Source: Tubiluchus corallicola (taxonomy: Eukaryota; Animalia; Priapulida). Taken from it: a DNA stretch of 64,000 bases. A program made the position numbers and the translations under genes. Shown here in pieces: positions 51,169 through 63,756 of this stretch. Location: assembly GCA_030141605.1 (NCBI GenBank), contig JAQGDQ010000569.1, positions 1 to 64,000 of the forward strand, given 5' to 3'. How positions within the stretch are numbered: position 1 is the first letter of the stretch; every line of letters starts with the position of its first letter. A model generated the notes under the pieces. It saw only the letters and a program-made list of their open reading frames with translations. It had not been told where the DNA came from and made no database searches.

Positions 51169-52492
51169 GGACAAGAAATACAGAATCTTACTGAAATCAG
51201 TGTTCCTTCGATTGAAAACATGCGGGGGAGAGGTGTGAAAAAGGAGTAGACCGTGCTGGAACAAACGATGATTCGGTAAGATGGAGTGAGGAAGAGGAGA
51301 ACGTGGATGTTGAGGTTACCTCTATAGAAAGAGAAGAGGCAGGAGCTTTTTCAACAGACACATATGAGACTGGCATGGCAGGCAATCTCATTGACGGAAA
51401 GACGTAGTTGTGATTATAAACATAACTTTACAGTGCAGCAATCTACATTTATCAGAATTGCTTTTTTAAAAATTTTTGCAAAAATAAATTAAAAACAATT
51501 TGCCTTAGCTAGCTGTCCTAAACTCCATTTTGCTGCACCTGAGTTTATATTTTACGTGTATATAATAGAGTTGTTGGAACAATATATTATTTAATTAAAT
51601 ATTATTAAATAATATTTAGTTTATTTATTTATTTATTTTTCACTTCGGTTATATTGCATAGATTTGATTCAATCTTACAACATCTGCCATTACAGCTTAC
51701 ATACCATTATCAAGTACTGTACCGGATGCAAACGATATATTTATCAGGCAACTTGAAGGAATAGAAATACAGCGTACGAAACCTTGTACAAATTAAAGTA
51801 AAGCATAAGAATATCTGAAGTTTTGCTTGAATTGAGAATTTTACATATATTACAAATCTCCTCTGGTGTATTAGGCTGGAAGAGGAAAGACTGGGCTATT
51901 TGAAGCTATTAGCAGCTGCATCAGGATTACAGACAAGTTTATCATTTACAATTCATGATTTCTATTTATTCATCGTGTCGCAAGTAGTTTTCATTTTGTT
52001 TTTGAAGTTATCTAATCTTAACTTATAGTAATTAGATTTAGATTTTTAAGTGACGCTCTTTTACAATTCAGGTCCCGCTCGATTTTTGTCGTTCAATAAG
52101 GAGTGACAGTGATCATGTCTAATCCTCACTGTATTTACACGTCTGCAAACTCAAGTATTCGTATTATTAGTGTTAGAATAATATTAACATTCGAAAATGT
52201 CCAGTCTGCATTGGTAAGGTTATTGTTAATTTCTTACGAGCATTGTTCGCAGAGTAAAAGAAAAAAGTTCTAAAATTCTAAATTCGATGGTTTGGCGAAG
52301 ACCTCAGCAGGCAATGACAAGGCTGTCGTAATGAAATTCGAGGAAACTAAGAAGAAAAAACGATTAATTCAAATGGAAGAAATGCGACTGAAATGTACAT
52401 AAATGAGGTAAATGGCTTTGAAAGACAGCATGGAATTTGCAATAAATATTATAATTAGCAAAAAGAGAAAAACCTTGGTAGACTAACATAGT

Positions 52493-54910
52493 ATGCAGTT
52501 TTTTCATGTGCTGTCCTTACTTCTTGCATTTGTGAGGCTCCTCTTTGGTAAATACATAGATGCTCACATATCAGGAGGCAAAAGGCCCCCAGATGGATGC
52601 AGTCCATATCCGGAGTGGACGTTTGACATCCCTTTTCGTGACCATCAGTATGAAATTACAGTTACGGAAACCTTCTTTGAGAAAGGAAATAGAATTTACT
52701 TGGGCATTCCTGACTGGACTAACATAAATACACTTTTCTTTGCCATTGCTCACACGTATGAACATGTCAATAGTGTGACTGATAAATCATTGTTTACAAC
52801 AGTTTATCAAAGGTCAGGGAAACAAAAAACACCAGGTCCTTATTTAGAGTATGCAGTAGATACAAAAATTGGTGATTATCTGTGGACATACAAACGTGAT
52901 CAACTGCAACAAGAGAAACCCAAACTTCTGTTGGAATTTAGATGCGTAGCTTGCTATTTAAAACCAGATAGCTGGTGGGGATGGACAGAATGCGATCGCA
53001 AAGTTAAGAACAATCCTCGCAACTGGCACGATGTTACGCTTACTATCGTCATAATTCCTAATGATCATCGGGCTCCTAAATTCAACGTCAGCCCCAGCAC
53101 GCCACTGCATCTTTCAGAAGACAGTCTCGTTGGCTCAAAATTGGGGGAGTTTCTAGCGGAAGACTCCGACCTATTTAAATATGCAAGGGATTTCAAGATA
53201 TGCCTGGGTTCCCTTGTGAAACAAGGCGGCAGTTTTAACTGCACCGGACTGCAGCATTTTCAAGGTAGAACTACAGAAGACCATTCATATACTTATCAAT
53301 TAACAAAGAGACTTTACTACATTATTTATCTGGATAAGCAAGTACATTACAAAATCACAAAGAATATCATGTTGAATGTCTGGCTGATACCCATGACTAA
53401 GTTCAATGTACCTGCAACTGGGGATGCAGCACCGTCTAAAATGCGGCCTCATAAATCTAGATATAATGTTATTGTAGGTGATACAAACAACGAAAACCCT
53501 AAATTTTCTCACAATTTGTATCATGCCAGTGTGGTATATGAAAATTTTAGATCACCGTTGAAAGTTGAACCAACAGAGATCACAGCCTATGACAAAGATG
53601 AACTTGGAGCTGTTATATCTTTTTCCTTTCCATATCGAAGCCAAATAGAGAACAAATTTGCAATAAACAAAGAAAATGGTGAGATTACAATTGCTAAAAG
53701 CCTTTTGCCACCAGCCACTTATTACACTTTTGTTCAAGCAACAGAACGTGTCAATGCTAGACATTATGACAGAGCACTCTTGTCTATTGAAGTCAAACAA
53801 AACTCTGTAAAATTCAGCCAGATAGGTTTTACAGTTAATGTTTTTGATCACGAATCTGCTGGCGCAATGATATTAGTTGTGCCTGCTCTTAGTGGTAATC
53901 CAGAAATGCGTCTTAGCTACGCATTAAAAACAAAGCGGGGTGAGTCTGTAAAGGATTTTGGCTTAACCATACACGAAATGCAAAATCAAAGTTTGTCACT
54001 TGTAAGTCTGGTTATGTCTTCAAAATTGAATGAAGGCATCAAAGATCTTTATGAGCTTATTGTAGAGGCGCATAATGATGGAAACCACAGGCAAGCTGGG
54101 GCAGTTTATGTTGCTGTTAATTTGAAAAATGCATTACTGAAAAGTCCCAGGTTTGCTCAAAAGGTCTACATATTCAACAGTACTGGAGTTGCTGGATCAT
54201 TTGTCAGTCAAGTTCAAGCAACGTATAAAACTCACACCAATGCACAAATATTATACTCAGTTCTTAACTACGGATATGTCACCCAAATTAACTCCGAAGG
54301 CAAGATCTACCTGAATGTTGAAGCAAAAGGCAAAATGGTAGTTGGCTTGAGCGCTTGCCGCATTGGAGATAATTACAAGATCCGATGTGGTTACGCTGAA
54401 GCAATAATTACATCACCTACTGATGGTAATACAAACTGGACTATTCCATATTTTCACGAGACAGGCAAATCAAATGCATCTGGCGGATTTGTGCTATTAA
54501 CACTAGTTATTTTTGCATTGTTTGGACTTATAATTGCTCTACCGGTCTATCTGGTCAGACAAAGCAAATCTAGCATTAGTACTGTTTCTGCTGCCGAGAC
54601 AAAAGAGGTGAATGAAGGTGAAACAAAATTCACTTCTGCCAAAGGATGTGAAACAGACGATGATGCTGAAATAGTCCTTGCTTCCACTGAGGGAGAAGAA
54701 ATAGAAATGTTTGCTGAAATTGGTCTTCCTCTGAATGAAAAGGATGACGAAAAAAGACCCAAAAGAGAAGAAGATTGTGGTGAAACGCATGGTGAGTCAT
54801 TAGATGATGCAGAAAAGCATACGGAAAGTACTGTTACTTCTGCGAAAACGTATGAGGCAGAAGACTGTTTTGAATTAGAAAAGTTTTCCAATAAAAAGAA
54901 GAAAGCTTGA
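52493..54910 (+). CDS. Intronless cadherin-like type I membrane protein, paralogue 3 (805 aa)
   Basis: Single ORF colinear with paralogue 2 (NDHRAPKF, AEDSD, DTNNENPKF, AYDKD, FAINKENGEI); TM; acidic tail ending KKKKA*. Confidence 0.87.
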   Translation: MQFFHVLSLLLAFVRLLFGKYIDAHISGGKRPPDGCSPYPEWTFDIPFRDHQYEITVTETFFEKGNRIYLGIPDWTNINTLFFAIAHTYEHVNSVTDKSLFTTVYQRSGKQKTPGPYLEYAVDTKIGDYLWTYKRDQLQQEKPKLLLEFRCVACYLKPDSWWGWTECDRKVKNNPRNWHDVTLTIVIIPNDHRAPKFNVSPSTPLHLSEDSLVGSKLGEFLAEDSDLFKYARDFKICLGSLVKQGGSFNCTGLQHFQGRTTEDHSYTYQLTKRLYYIIYLDKQVHYKITKNIMLNVWLIPMTKFNVPATGDAAPSKMRPHKSRYNVIVGDTNNENPKFSHNLYHASVVYENFRSPLKVEPTEITAYDKDELGAVISFSFPYRSQIENKFAINKENGEITIAKSLLPPATYYTFVQATERVNARHYDRALLSIEVKQNSVKFSQIGFTVNVFDHESAGAMILVVPALSGNPEMRLSYALKTKRGESVKDFGLTIHEMQNQSLSLVSLVMSSKLNEGIKDLYELIVEAHNDGNHRQAGAVYVAVNLKNALLKSPRFAQKVYIFNSTGVAGSFVSQVQATYKTHTNAQILYSVLNYGYVTQINSEGKIYLNVEAKGKMVVGLSACRIGDNYKIRCGYAEAIITSPTDGNTNWTIPYFHETGKSNASGGFVLLTLVIFALFGLIIALPVYLVRQSKSSISTVSAAETKEVNEGETKFTSAKGCETDDDAEIVLASTEGEEIEMFAEIGLPLNEKDDEKRPKREEDCGETHGESLDDAEKHTESTVTSAKTYEAEDCFELEKFSNKKKKA

Positions 54911-55599
54911 AGAGCATGGAGATATCGTGATTACTTCTGTAGGAGAAGAGGAAGAAGAGCATCGTTCGGGAGCTCTTTCGACAGACATTACATTCATTAT
55001 AATTTAACAAGCCCATTAGCATTTTTGCCATGTGCTGTTGAAGATTTGAAGTTTTCCCAAATCTTTCTGAAAAATAAATTTTCATTACATCAAGATCAAT
55101 GTTGTAGAAGCTACTCAGTTTTAGGAATTATACAGTTCTTAGTGTGCTGGAAACGTTCCTATATAACAAAAAAACAGACAACTACTAGCCCCTCTAACGT
55201 TTTAGAAAAGGAACTAGTGCCAGTTCGAAGTTTTTTGCATCAAAGGGAAAGGAACTTAGATCAGTTCTCGTTCACTGCTTTCTTTTCTGATCAATTTGCA
55301 TGGGATAATTCACGGAAAACAACCAATTACAGCTGGCGCCTCACAAGAATTCCTGAAAACAATTAATTTTGCGTTTTTGAGGCATGCCTATCACAAAAAA
55401 GCAAGCAAAAACTTGTCAAAAGTGAAACAAAATTAGCAAAAGTTAACCCAAGGTGAAACTCGGACAGGCAGCTTATTTTGGTTCTACATTTTTGATGAAA
55501 AGAGCAACAAGTTTCAGTTCCAAGTTCCTCAAAGAGGAACTAGTTCTTCTTCAGAAGTAAATAAGATAACTTCATGACAGTCATTGCTTGTTGTTTATA

Positions 55600-56130
55600 T
55601 GTAGATTTTAACATGGTTTACCACCGCCTGCATTTCAACCATATTTACAACCAATCAGTGAAATTCATAGTTACAATATAATTCATAGTTACAATCACGT
55701 GCTGTTCCATAGAACTAATGTATTTACGAAAGAAACAACTATTAACGCTATAATGCTGTGGAATGAAACACCCTTCAATATTAAAGAATTGAATCGATAC
55801 CAATTCAAAAAAGTTCTAAAATATAATATATTATCAAAATACCCATGACCTAGTATAAATGTTTATTATCTATGTATAACTGTTATTTGCTGTATTTGTT
55901 CAAACATTGTTATTTGATGCTTATTGTTTCTTAAAAGAATTGTGTAAGATACTACTCCAGATCTGTTATGTAATAAGTTGTTCAAACTACATAAACTACA
56001 ATGTAATAATTGCTCTGGGGGTCGACAAGATAGCTTGCTCCCCCCCCCCACAATGTTATGTGGTATACCTTTGTACGTATTTTATTGTTATTATAAATTG
56101 TGAAATAAACATTCTTATCTTGCTATCTTA
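55600..56130 (+). mobile_element. LINE (CR1/L2-like) 3' remnant
   Basis: LWNETPFNIKELNRYQFKKVLK-type ORF2 end, 3' UTR hairpin GGGGG..CCCCC, AATAAA and short repeat tail. Confidence 0.55.
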
Positions 56131-57293
56131 GCTCTAGCAAATTTGTTCTGTGAAATATGTTCAGTTTCAGTCAACATCATCAAAGTCGATTACATGTTAA
56201 AAACTGTTGTACATCTTATAACATACTGCAGAAGTACTTCATTGTATGAAACATAATTACCATACATACATACATACATTAACATTATATTATCTATCAG
56301 TTATGCCCACATCTGCTATCAGTAAAATGCGAACGCTATGTAGACGACTTAAACAACAAGCAATACAAACCAAAAAAGTCGTGTTATAAATAGGCCTACA
56401 GATAGTTGACGAGCCGAACGGCTTGTATCAGAATCCCTTCAAGGACACGATTAAAAGGAAGACATTTTATCAAAGACTGAAATAATCCACAAACTTTCGG
56501 GCTCCTGTATAGGTATCGTTGAACTGTAGCACCCCCTATTTTCACTCAATATTATCGATAGAATTCAGTATAATTATATGAGACCACCATTAGTCAAGAA
56601 ATTATACTACGTTGTAGACTCTTAGAATCTATTTGCAAATAACTTAAAATCTTTTCAGACATTTTTCAAGATGGCTGTGAATCTGATCTTTTTTAAATTG
56701 TTGCTATTCTAGAGTATAAAAATAAAGCTACCATTGTAAGTATTTACAACCGTCTGTGAAACAAAAGCACTTTACACTGTTTGACATTTTAGAAAATATT
56801 CAGTTTAGCAACCATCTTAATTAATATTATACTGATTTTGTATTATACTTATTCGTAATGAGTATCTGAGAATCCACAATGTAGTTCAATTTCTTCACTA
56901 ATGGTGGTGTCCGGGTTGATTCACAAGCACTTTTATGTGTTGCAGAAGCACAGAAAAGCGTGGCAGCTATTTCGAAAACTGTGAAAATGGCGGTCGTAAA
57001 GAATTTCTCTCTTTAACTTCTAACCTTTATCATATTCGTTAAAGTTAAGTCTGTGAAACGTCGCAGCAAACAATGCAATTTTCACAAAATTAGAATAAAT
57101 GTAATGATTGTGTTCACATAATAGGTCACCATTGTTTTGGTATAATTGTTCTCGTAACAAAAGATTCCGCAAGGTTTTAAATTAGTATTGCTCGAGGACA
57201 TGAAATAAAGCTATAAATTTACGTCCTGCATCAGACCTAAACGCTTGAAAACCAGCAGACACGTGCTAAAGGAAGTCGCTGACAACCAGCGAA

Positions 57294-59959
57294 ATGAAAA
57301 CTGAACTAGAACTTACATATACCTGCGTATTATTGACGAAAATCATTTATCACTGTTCGAGTTTGGAAACATATACACAGCGCTACCAGTCATTTGATAT
57401 TGAGGACATTGTCAGTGAGTTTGATGATGAGGCAAAGCTTGCAAATCTGAGTGCAGAGTTGAAAGGAATGATCGTTAACACATTTACTGTTAAGTCCTAC
57501 AAAAGCGAAAAATTGCCAGAGAAATTTCTCGAGGGCGTAACTGTCAGAGACGAGCTCATTTTAATTGATAGCAAACTAAACATAATTGGGGAGCATGCCA
57601 TCAATGCAAATGTTGAAAATACGATAAATGTCAGCAAAAATTATTTTCTAAACTTGGTTCATCCGAGAGCGTTTGCCAAAGTTCCAAATGTTAAAGTAAT
57701 TTTAATCTACCTTTGTCCTCTGGATGAACTGCAGTTGGATTTTTCTGATAATCCAAACCTTGAGAAACTGACTGTTGAACAGAACCCGGATAATAACACA
57801 ATAGAAAAGGTCTATCGACCGGTATTTCATAACTCTACAAAACCAGAGAATATTGTCATAGAACTGCTAGGTAGGTACGTATAATGTGTTTGATTTATAG
57901 CGTTCCCGTGATACTTAATTATAATAGTTACAGCAAAACCTTACGTTAATGAAAACTACAAGAAATTGATTAAGTTCATTTATATATGAGAGATCCAAAC
58001 TCTGAAATGATCTTAATAATGATGTTAGAACGTCGCCAACACTTACTGTTTTCTCCCGCAAAGTCAAGAAATTTTTAGAAACGTTGTCTCATTAATATAT
58101 GTGTAAATTGGCATTTTATTTTTTTTAGCATAAATCACAGTTCTAAAATTGCTGTAATTCTTAATAAAGAATTTATCTATTGTTTTATTTTGTGGTTGTT
58201 ATAATTTTAATCGATTGAATAGTCCCTTGTGGAATAATGTTCATTGTATGTAAGGAAAATCGTGGTAAACTAAACCTACTTATAACTACTACTAGTAAAA
58301 TAATTCGTTGTATTGGTTGAGTGAAGCTGATTATTGGTGTTTTAGGGATGGCAAAACTATGAAGAGTCAGATTATAAAACTACACGTTTATTGAACATCA
58401 AACACAATAAATATAACAGATAGCAATGCCAAGCCCCCTGATCTAGCTTGCTCTCCTTCAGCTCCCAGATTCAATCTCTTGAGCTGGGCACATCGCAGAG
58501 CTTCAACGCCTCGATTCTGAATCACTTGCTCACATGATACCACTCCTTAACTGGCTTCATGCCAGCATTCATCAACATAATTATCTATCATAGTCTAACG
58601 CTTTTAACATAGTTTAACAGATCCTCTTCTACTCTACTGCATAACATTTGACGATTCGAACGTAGTAAACAGGACACGATAACATGCCCAGGTGTTCTAG
58701 CAATAATTTAATTCAGTTATTTTCTGTGATTTTGATTCAATCCGAGCTCTGCGTGAGAAATTCTTATGGAATCTTTGTTAGCAACACTTATTGTTGATGA
58801 TGTTTCAGGTCTCAAGTTGATTTGTGACTGCAGTGTAGCGTGGATTAAAACAGAAGGTTGGAAAAACAGTACAGTTGACTGCACGTCTCCTATAGATAAC
58901 GAATACAAGACGCATGCGCTTACAGGGGATTTTAACTGCTCACTAATACCAGAAGCAACAGAAAAAACAACGTCAACAACTACGGTCACAAAATGGACGC
59001 TAGCAGAGATATTGCGATTCAAATCAATTGTCGCTTTGACTTGTGCAACAGGCATAATAATCTTCGTTATTGTATTGATAGCAATCTGCAGCACAAAACA
59101 TCCTGCTGCTAGGCACGCCCAACGGGAAGCGGAAATACGCAGGCGTTCTGAAAGCAGGCAACAAGCAAGAAAAGCGTCTTCAATAGGGGCAAGATCGGGT
59201 TCGAGAACGACGCCCACGTCAATGTCAAAAAACCCTTCATCATACAGCAATCCACCTCGGAACGCCACACAAAACACAAGAAAAACGTCTTCAATAACAT
59301 CAAGATCGGGTTCGAGAACTACGCAGACGTCAATGTCAAAAAACCCTTCATCATACAGCAATCCACGTCAGAACGCCACACAAAACACAAGAAAAACGTC
59401 TTCAATAACATCAAGATCGGCTTCGAGAACTACGCAGACATCAATGTCAAAAAACCCTTCATCATGCAGCAATCCACGTCAGAACGCCACACAAAACACA
59501 AGGGACAAGTCACCAGGACCCGCAAAAACAGGCGAGACATCAATAGAGCAAGGATCTTCATCATGCAGCAACCCACGCCTGAACGCCACACAGAAAACAA
59601 TGGAAAAGTTTCCAGGAACCGCCGAAAAGGCTTCAAAAGGAGGAGATACCTCAATGATGCAAGGATCTTCATCATGCAGCGTTCCACACCAAGAAAAGCC
59701 TCAGCGGCAAGTAAGTTTCCAGAACACCACAGAACAGGAAATTCTTCAAAACCATGTCCAGGGTCAAGGAAACCCTACTACAGAACAGGAAATTCTTCAA
59801 AACCATGTCCAGGGTCAAGAAAGCCCGCAAGACAAGGAAAGAACAGAAGACAGGGAATTTTCAATAAGATCAAGTGTGGCAAGTCTTCAACGTCAGGAAA
59901 CGTCTCAGCAGTCTCAACAATCAGAAATTGATGAAAATAAACCAGAATTGACAGATTAG
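57294..59959 (+). CDS. Two-exon type I membrane protein with LRR/LRRCT-like ectodomain and repetitive Ser/Thr/Gln-rich cytoplasmic tail (~584 aa)
   Basis: Exons 57294-57870 (..CTAG|gtaggt) and 58782-59959 (ttgttag|CA) join in phase 1. LRR-like segments (IIGEHAI, LVHPRAFAKVPNVKVI, LDFSDNPNLEKLTVEQN), LRRCT-like LICDCSVAWI..CTSP, TM IVALTCATGIIIFVIVLIAIC. Confidence 0.72.
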
Positions 59960-60790
59960 ATGTGAAAATTGTTTTTGTTGTGCGTTTTCAACAGCGAGGA
60001 GTCCTCAATAACAGGAAATTCACGAACACAGCCCAGAATTGAAAGAAAGAAACATGTAAAAATCAACTGTATATAGTGACTTTTCAACTGCGAAAAAATC
60101 CTCAACAGCTAGAAATTAATGAACCCAGACCAGACGCGAAAGAAAGCAATTTGTCAAAATTGAGTTTATTTAGCCTTCAACGGTAAAAAATGTTTTTAGC
60201 AACCAGAAATTCACGAACAGGTAACTGAGGCAAAAGCAAGAAAGCCTGCAAAATCAAGAGTAAAGCGAGATTGCCGCGAGAAGGCGCTCAAAATCAAGTG
60301 CGCAACTTTTTCAATACAGATCATGTCATCTGTAGCGAGAAAGCCTTCGAAATAAACCAAGTGTGCTGAGCTTTCGACAGCAAAAAATTCTCGATATGCG
60401 ATGCTGTGAAACCTCACAAATGCAATTATAAGGAATTCCCAACTTTGAAAGGAAGCTTGCCTGCATAGATCAAGAACAATAGCAAGTTAGTCCGAAAAAT
60501 TCAGTACGATGGATGCTCCTTGCTAAAAAAAACTCTAAGAAATGTCAAGGAAATTCCACAGAGAGTCGAAACCTTGACGTTTGCCAAGTGACCAGGAGTA
60601 AAACGTGTGGCAACTTCAAACATGGCAGTTAGAAAAGCGATAGTTGTAAAGATCAAAGATGTTATCATTCAAGTTGATTTGACTTCACGCTTGTTTTTAA
60701 CTGCTTTATGGTTTCTCTAAAGTAGCAAATTCGTTTCTAGAACTTACGCAGTGGTTTCAAAGCAGTTGCAATCGTTGAACGTGTATTTAA

Positions 60791-61246
60791 CCCTTTTAGC
60801 CACAAACTATTTTTTAATAAGAAAAAAATTTGGCTCGGTACTTTTGTTTAGTATGTCCATCTTGTTTACACATAATAATTATTTTTTCTACCTGTGCCCG
60901 CGTGTTAAATATAGCCTGTATCCCACGGGATACATTGGGATTCAATGGAAGCATAAAATGTGCTTCATTTTGCAACTGCTGATAATTTTTAAAAGTATTT
61001 CAGACATTTAGTATGCATGCTATGCTGATCTGTACAAAGTCGTCACTAAAGTACTGTACCTTGCGCAGTTCTTTATGCTATGTAGATTTTCTATTTTGCC
61101 ATTTTATCACCATTTTTAGTCTATTGTTATTGGCTTAAATCAAAATAACTATTAAGAGATCAAATAACTGTAAGTTTTAAAACTTTATTAATTTTAAAGG
61201 CAGAAAATATTCTCGTATCCGACGGTATACAGCGGGTATGAAAGGC
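60791..61246. mobile_element. piggyBac-type MITE, inverted sister of 30119-30558
   Basis: TTAA|CCCTTTT...GAAAGGC|TTAA; interior is the reverse complement of the first copy. Confidence 0.85.
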
Positions 61247-62249
61247 TTAATTAACTTAACTCTTATTTTTACCATTTAATTAATTCCGCTTCTAAGAAAC
61301 GGAGATGCACAATGTCGTCTGGCCATTTTACGTGTCTTGCAACAACTTTACCACGTTTTAATTTAACTAGTTGCTGCAAATAAATAAATAATCGAAGAGA
61401 GGCAAAGCTAGGCATAGGACACCACTGGTTATAAAAGCAACTAAATTACACGGCTGCTGTATTGTGGTCACGTAGCGTTAATCGAAACCTGGCAAATTAT
61501 ACACGTACCAAATGATTACGTTTTATATCCCTCACAAAAACTGCAATTAAATTTTGTTTTTTTTTCACTTTCTCCTCTTTGTGTGTTTTCTTCTTCTTCA
61601 TTTTAGCTGAATAATGCACATGAACACGAAGAACTAGAATGAGCTGACAGAAAATGCTTAAGAAAGTTCAACTTTACGAAAGCCTTGGCTTTTCGCTTAA
61701 AACGTGTGAAGATAATAGGGCATGACAAGAAATGCTTTCTGCTGTCACAGTGACCATTGAGAATCTGTTAGTGGTGTAGAACATAATCGCAGTAGCTAAG
61801 GGGTTTGGCTCAAAAACAAAACATTGACTTTGTGGGAAAATGAACTTATCGTGTAGCTATTTATAACGGTATAAAGGCCTGCCGTCTACGACGCTTTGGC
61901 ATAGAAAATTCAATTTTGTTAGACATTTCAGTGCTAGTTTCATGAAACTAGTTTAAGCATGGCTGTAAGGACTCTCCTTGTTTTTAGATTTATTTCAAGT
62001 AATAATCATTTAAACGCATATTTGAAATATGATAAATTCAATTTGTGCTTTGCTATTATATGGTCAAAAATGTGAGAAAAGGATAATGAATGTATCCAGT
62101 TCATAAGCAGCAAACGTCACAATCAAAGCGTGGCTTGGAGTAAGAAAACTATGTTTGACTAGTTTTACCAAAACATTGGGAGTTATAATTATGTTATTAT
62201 GTCAGAGCATTTGCAAAAACTTCTTCTTCAAAATAAACACTTCTCATTG

Positions 62250-62687
62250 CTGGGGTAAGCATTCTCTATTCTGATAGAGAATGCTCACCCCAGCAATGAG
62301 AAGTGTTGGAAATGGAAAGCGAATTTGAATAGAATCGAACTTGTGTCTTTCGAATTCGAATTGAATGGAAATTCAGTATTTCAAATTCAAATTGAGACTG
62401 AAAGATTTCCGAAAAAGCTTTCGAACAACCTGTAAAAAATAGTCCTACAAAGAACAGGTATATTATTCGGTTTTGGTGTGCAGTAAAATTACTAATAATT
62501 TGTTTGAAAATTGTGCATAGAAACTGCAGCTAAATTATGCCAATTGCATGATGTTACGAACGTTTTAATGATAAAGAAAGTATTTGGTAGAAATGTTGAA
62601 TTATTCGAATCTATAGTTTTAGCTTCATGAGAATTCAAACTAAAAAAATCGTTCGAATAGAATTCGAACACTCGATGCTCATTCCTA
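62250..62687 (-). mobile_element. hAT-like MITE (TTCGAA-rich family), inverted copy with fold-back at one end
   Basis: Reverse complement of 31257-31626. Confidence 0.7.
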
Positions 62688-63267
62688 CCTGTCACTCTCA
62701 GTAGTTCGGTAGATCTCTTTGTCCATGGAGTCTTCCTAGGTAGACCAGAACGTTTCTTAAGTTGTTGGTCGCTAGTTAGAATAGAAATCACGTGGTTTAA
62801 CGGTTGAACAAGCACACGTGTTGCTGCCATATAGTTCCGCAAAGCGCAAAAAATAGTTACCGCACGCTGCTGATGATTTATTCGTTTGACATGACCGCTT
62901 TGTGCAAATGGCCACACAACCCCCGCAGCTTAGCTCCGTAATAGTGAACCTACAGATATCTAGTAACCTTGTTGAGACATTGTCTGTAAAAATTTCCTAA
63001 TTTTTAGGTATGAATTATCTAAATCGTTTTGGGATACTAAGTCACTAACACGCAAGTAACGGCAATTGTATACCTTCAAAAGGAAGATCTTGACAATAAA
63101 ACCAAACGAATAAAATTTTTTCCGCCTCAAGTAAACCGGCCAGTTTTTCTCCGCAAGGGTGTAATTCGGTACACCGCCTAACGATTTGCGCCATATTTCT
63201 GTACTGGTGTTTTCACCATATTTTTGAATTTTTATTTTTAATCTGTTGTCGTCTAAAAAAATTAGTC

Positions 63268-63551
63268 ATGTCTTATCAGAATGGGGGCGGTGGCGGCGAC
63301 CAGGATGAGTAAGTACTATTTTTCTCGAGATCACAGTTATTGTAATAATTTTATATTCCGTTAACATACTCTGAATGATGAGTGTGTAATATGTAGACAT
63401 GTTATACATGTCATCACGGCGTTTTAAAATCTGATAACATCGTTCTTTTACTGTTATGTTGTGTTACGTAACCTACGATGTATTTAGCATTTTTTTCCTT
63501 GTTTTTGCAGAAAGTTGTTTGTTGGTGGAATCAGTGCTGAAACGACTCAAC
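63268..63551 (+). CDS. First two coding exons of an RRM protein (hnRNP A/B/D, Squid or Musashi-like); continues beyond the window
   Basis: 63268-63308 (MSYQNGGGGGDQD, donor gtaagt) plus 63511-63551 give EKLFVGGISAETTQ, the RNP2 motif; phases match. Confidence 0.8.
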
Positions 63552-63756
63552 GTAGGTTTTGAATTATTCTTTGTTTCTATATACATGTATAATTAAAGGC
63601 TTAGTATATGCAACTTTAATAAATTTTTTAACCTCTAAGAATAGACTTGAAATTTTAAATTAGAACTTTGCAAAACAATGAGAGGTTTATTATTAATGGC
63701 ACACACCTGCAGCACACCCTGTTGAGCCTGAGCATGACGACTCGTGTTTAGGCTGC

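Noticed and set aside
56659-56736. Separate signal-peptide exon MAVNLIFFKLLLF
   Set aside because: In-frame TAG and no supported downstream partner; may be UTR or a relic, too weak to call.
58717-59361. 214-aa antisense ORF (and 59464-59931 alternative frame)
   Set aside because: Shadow frames of the repetitive coding exon on the plus strand.
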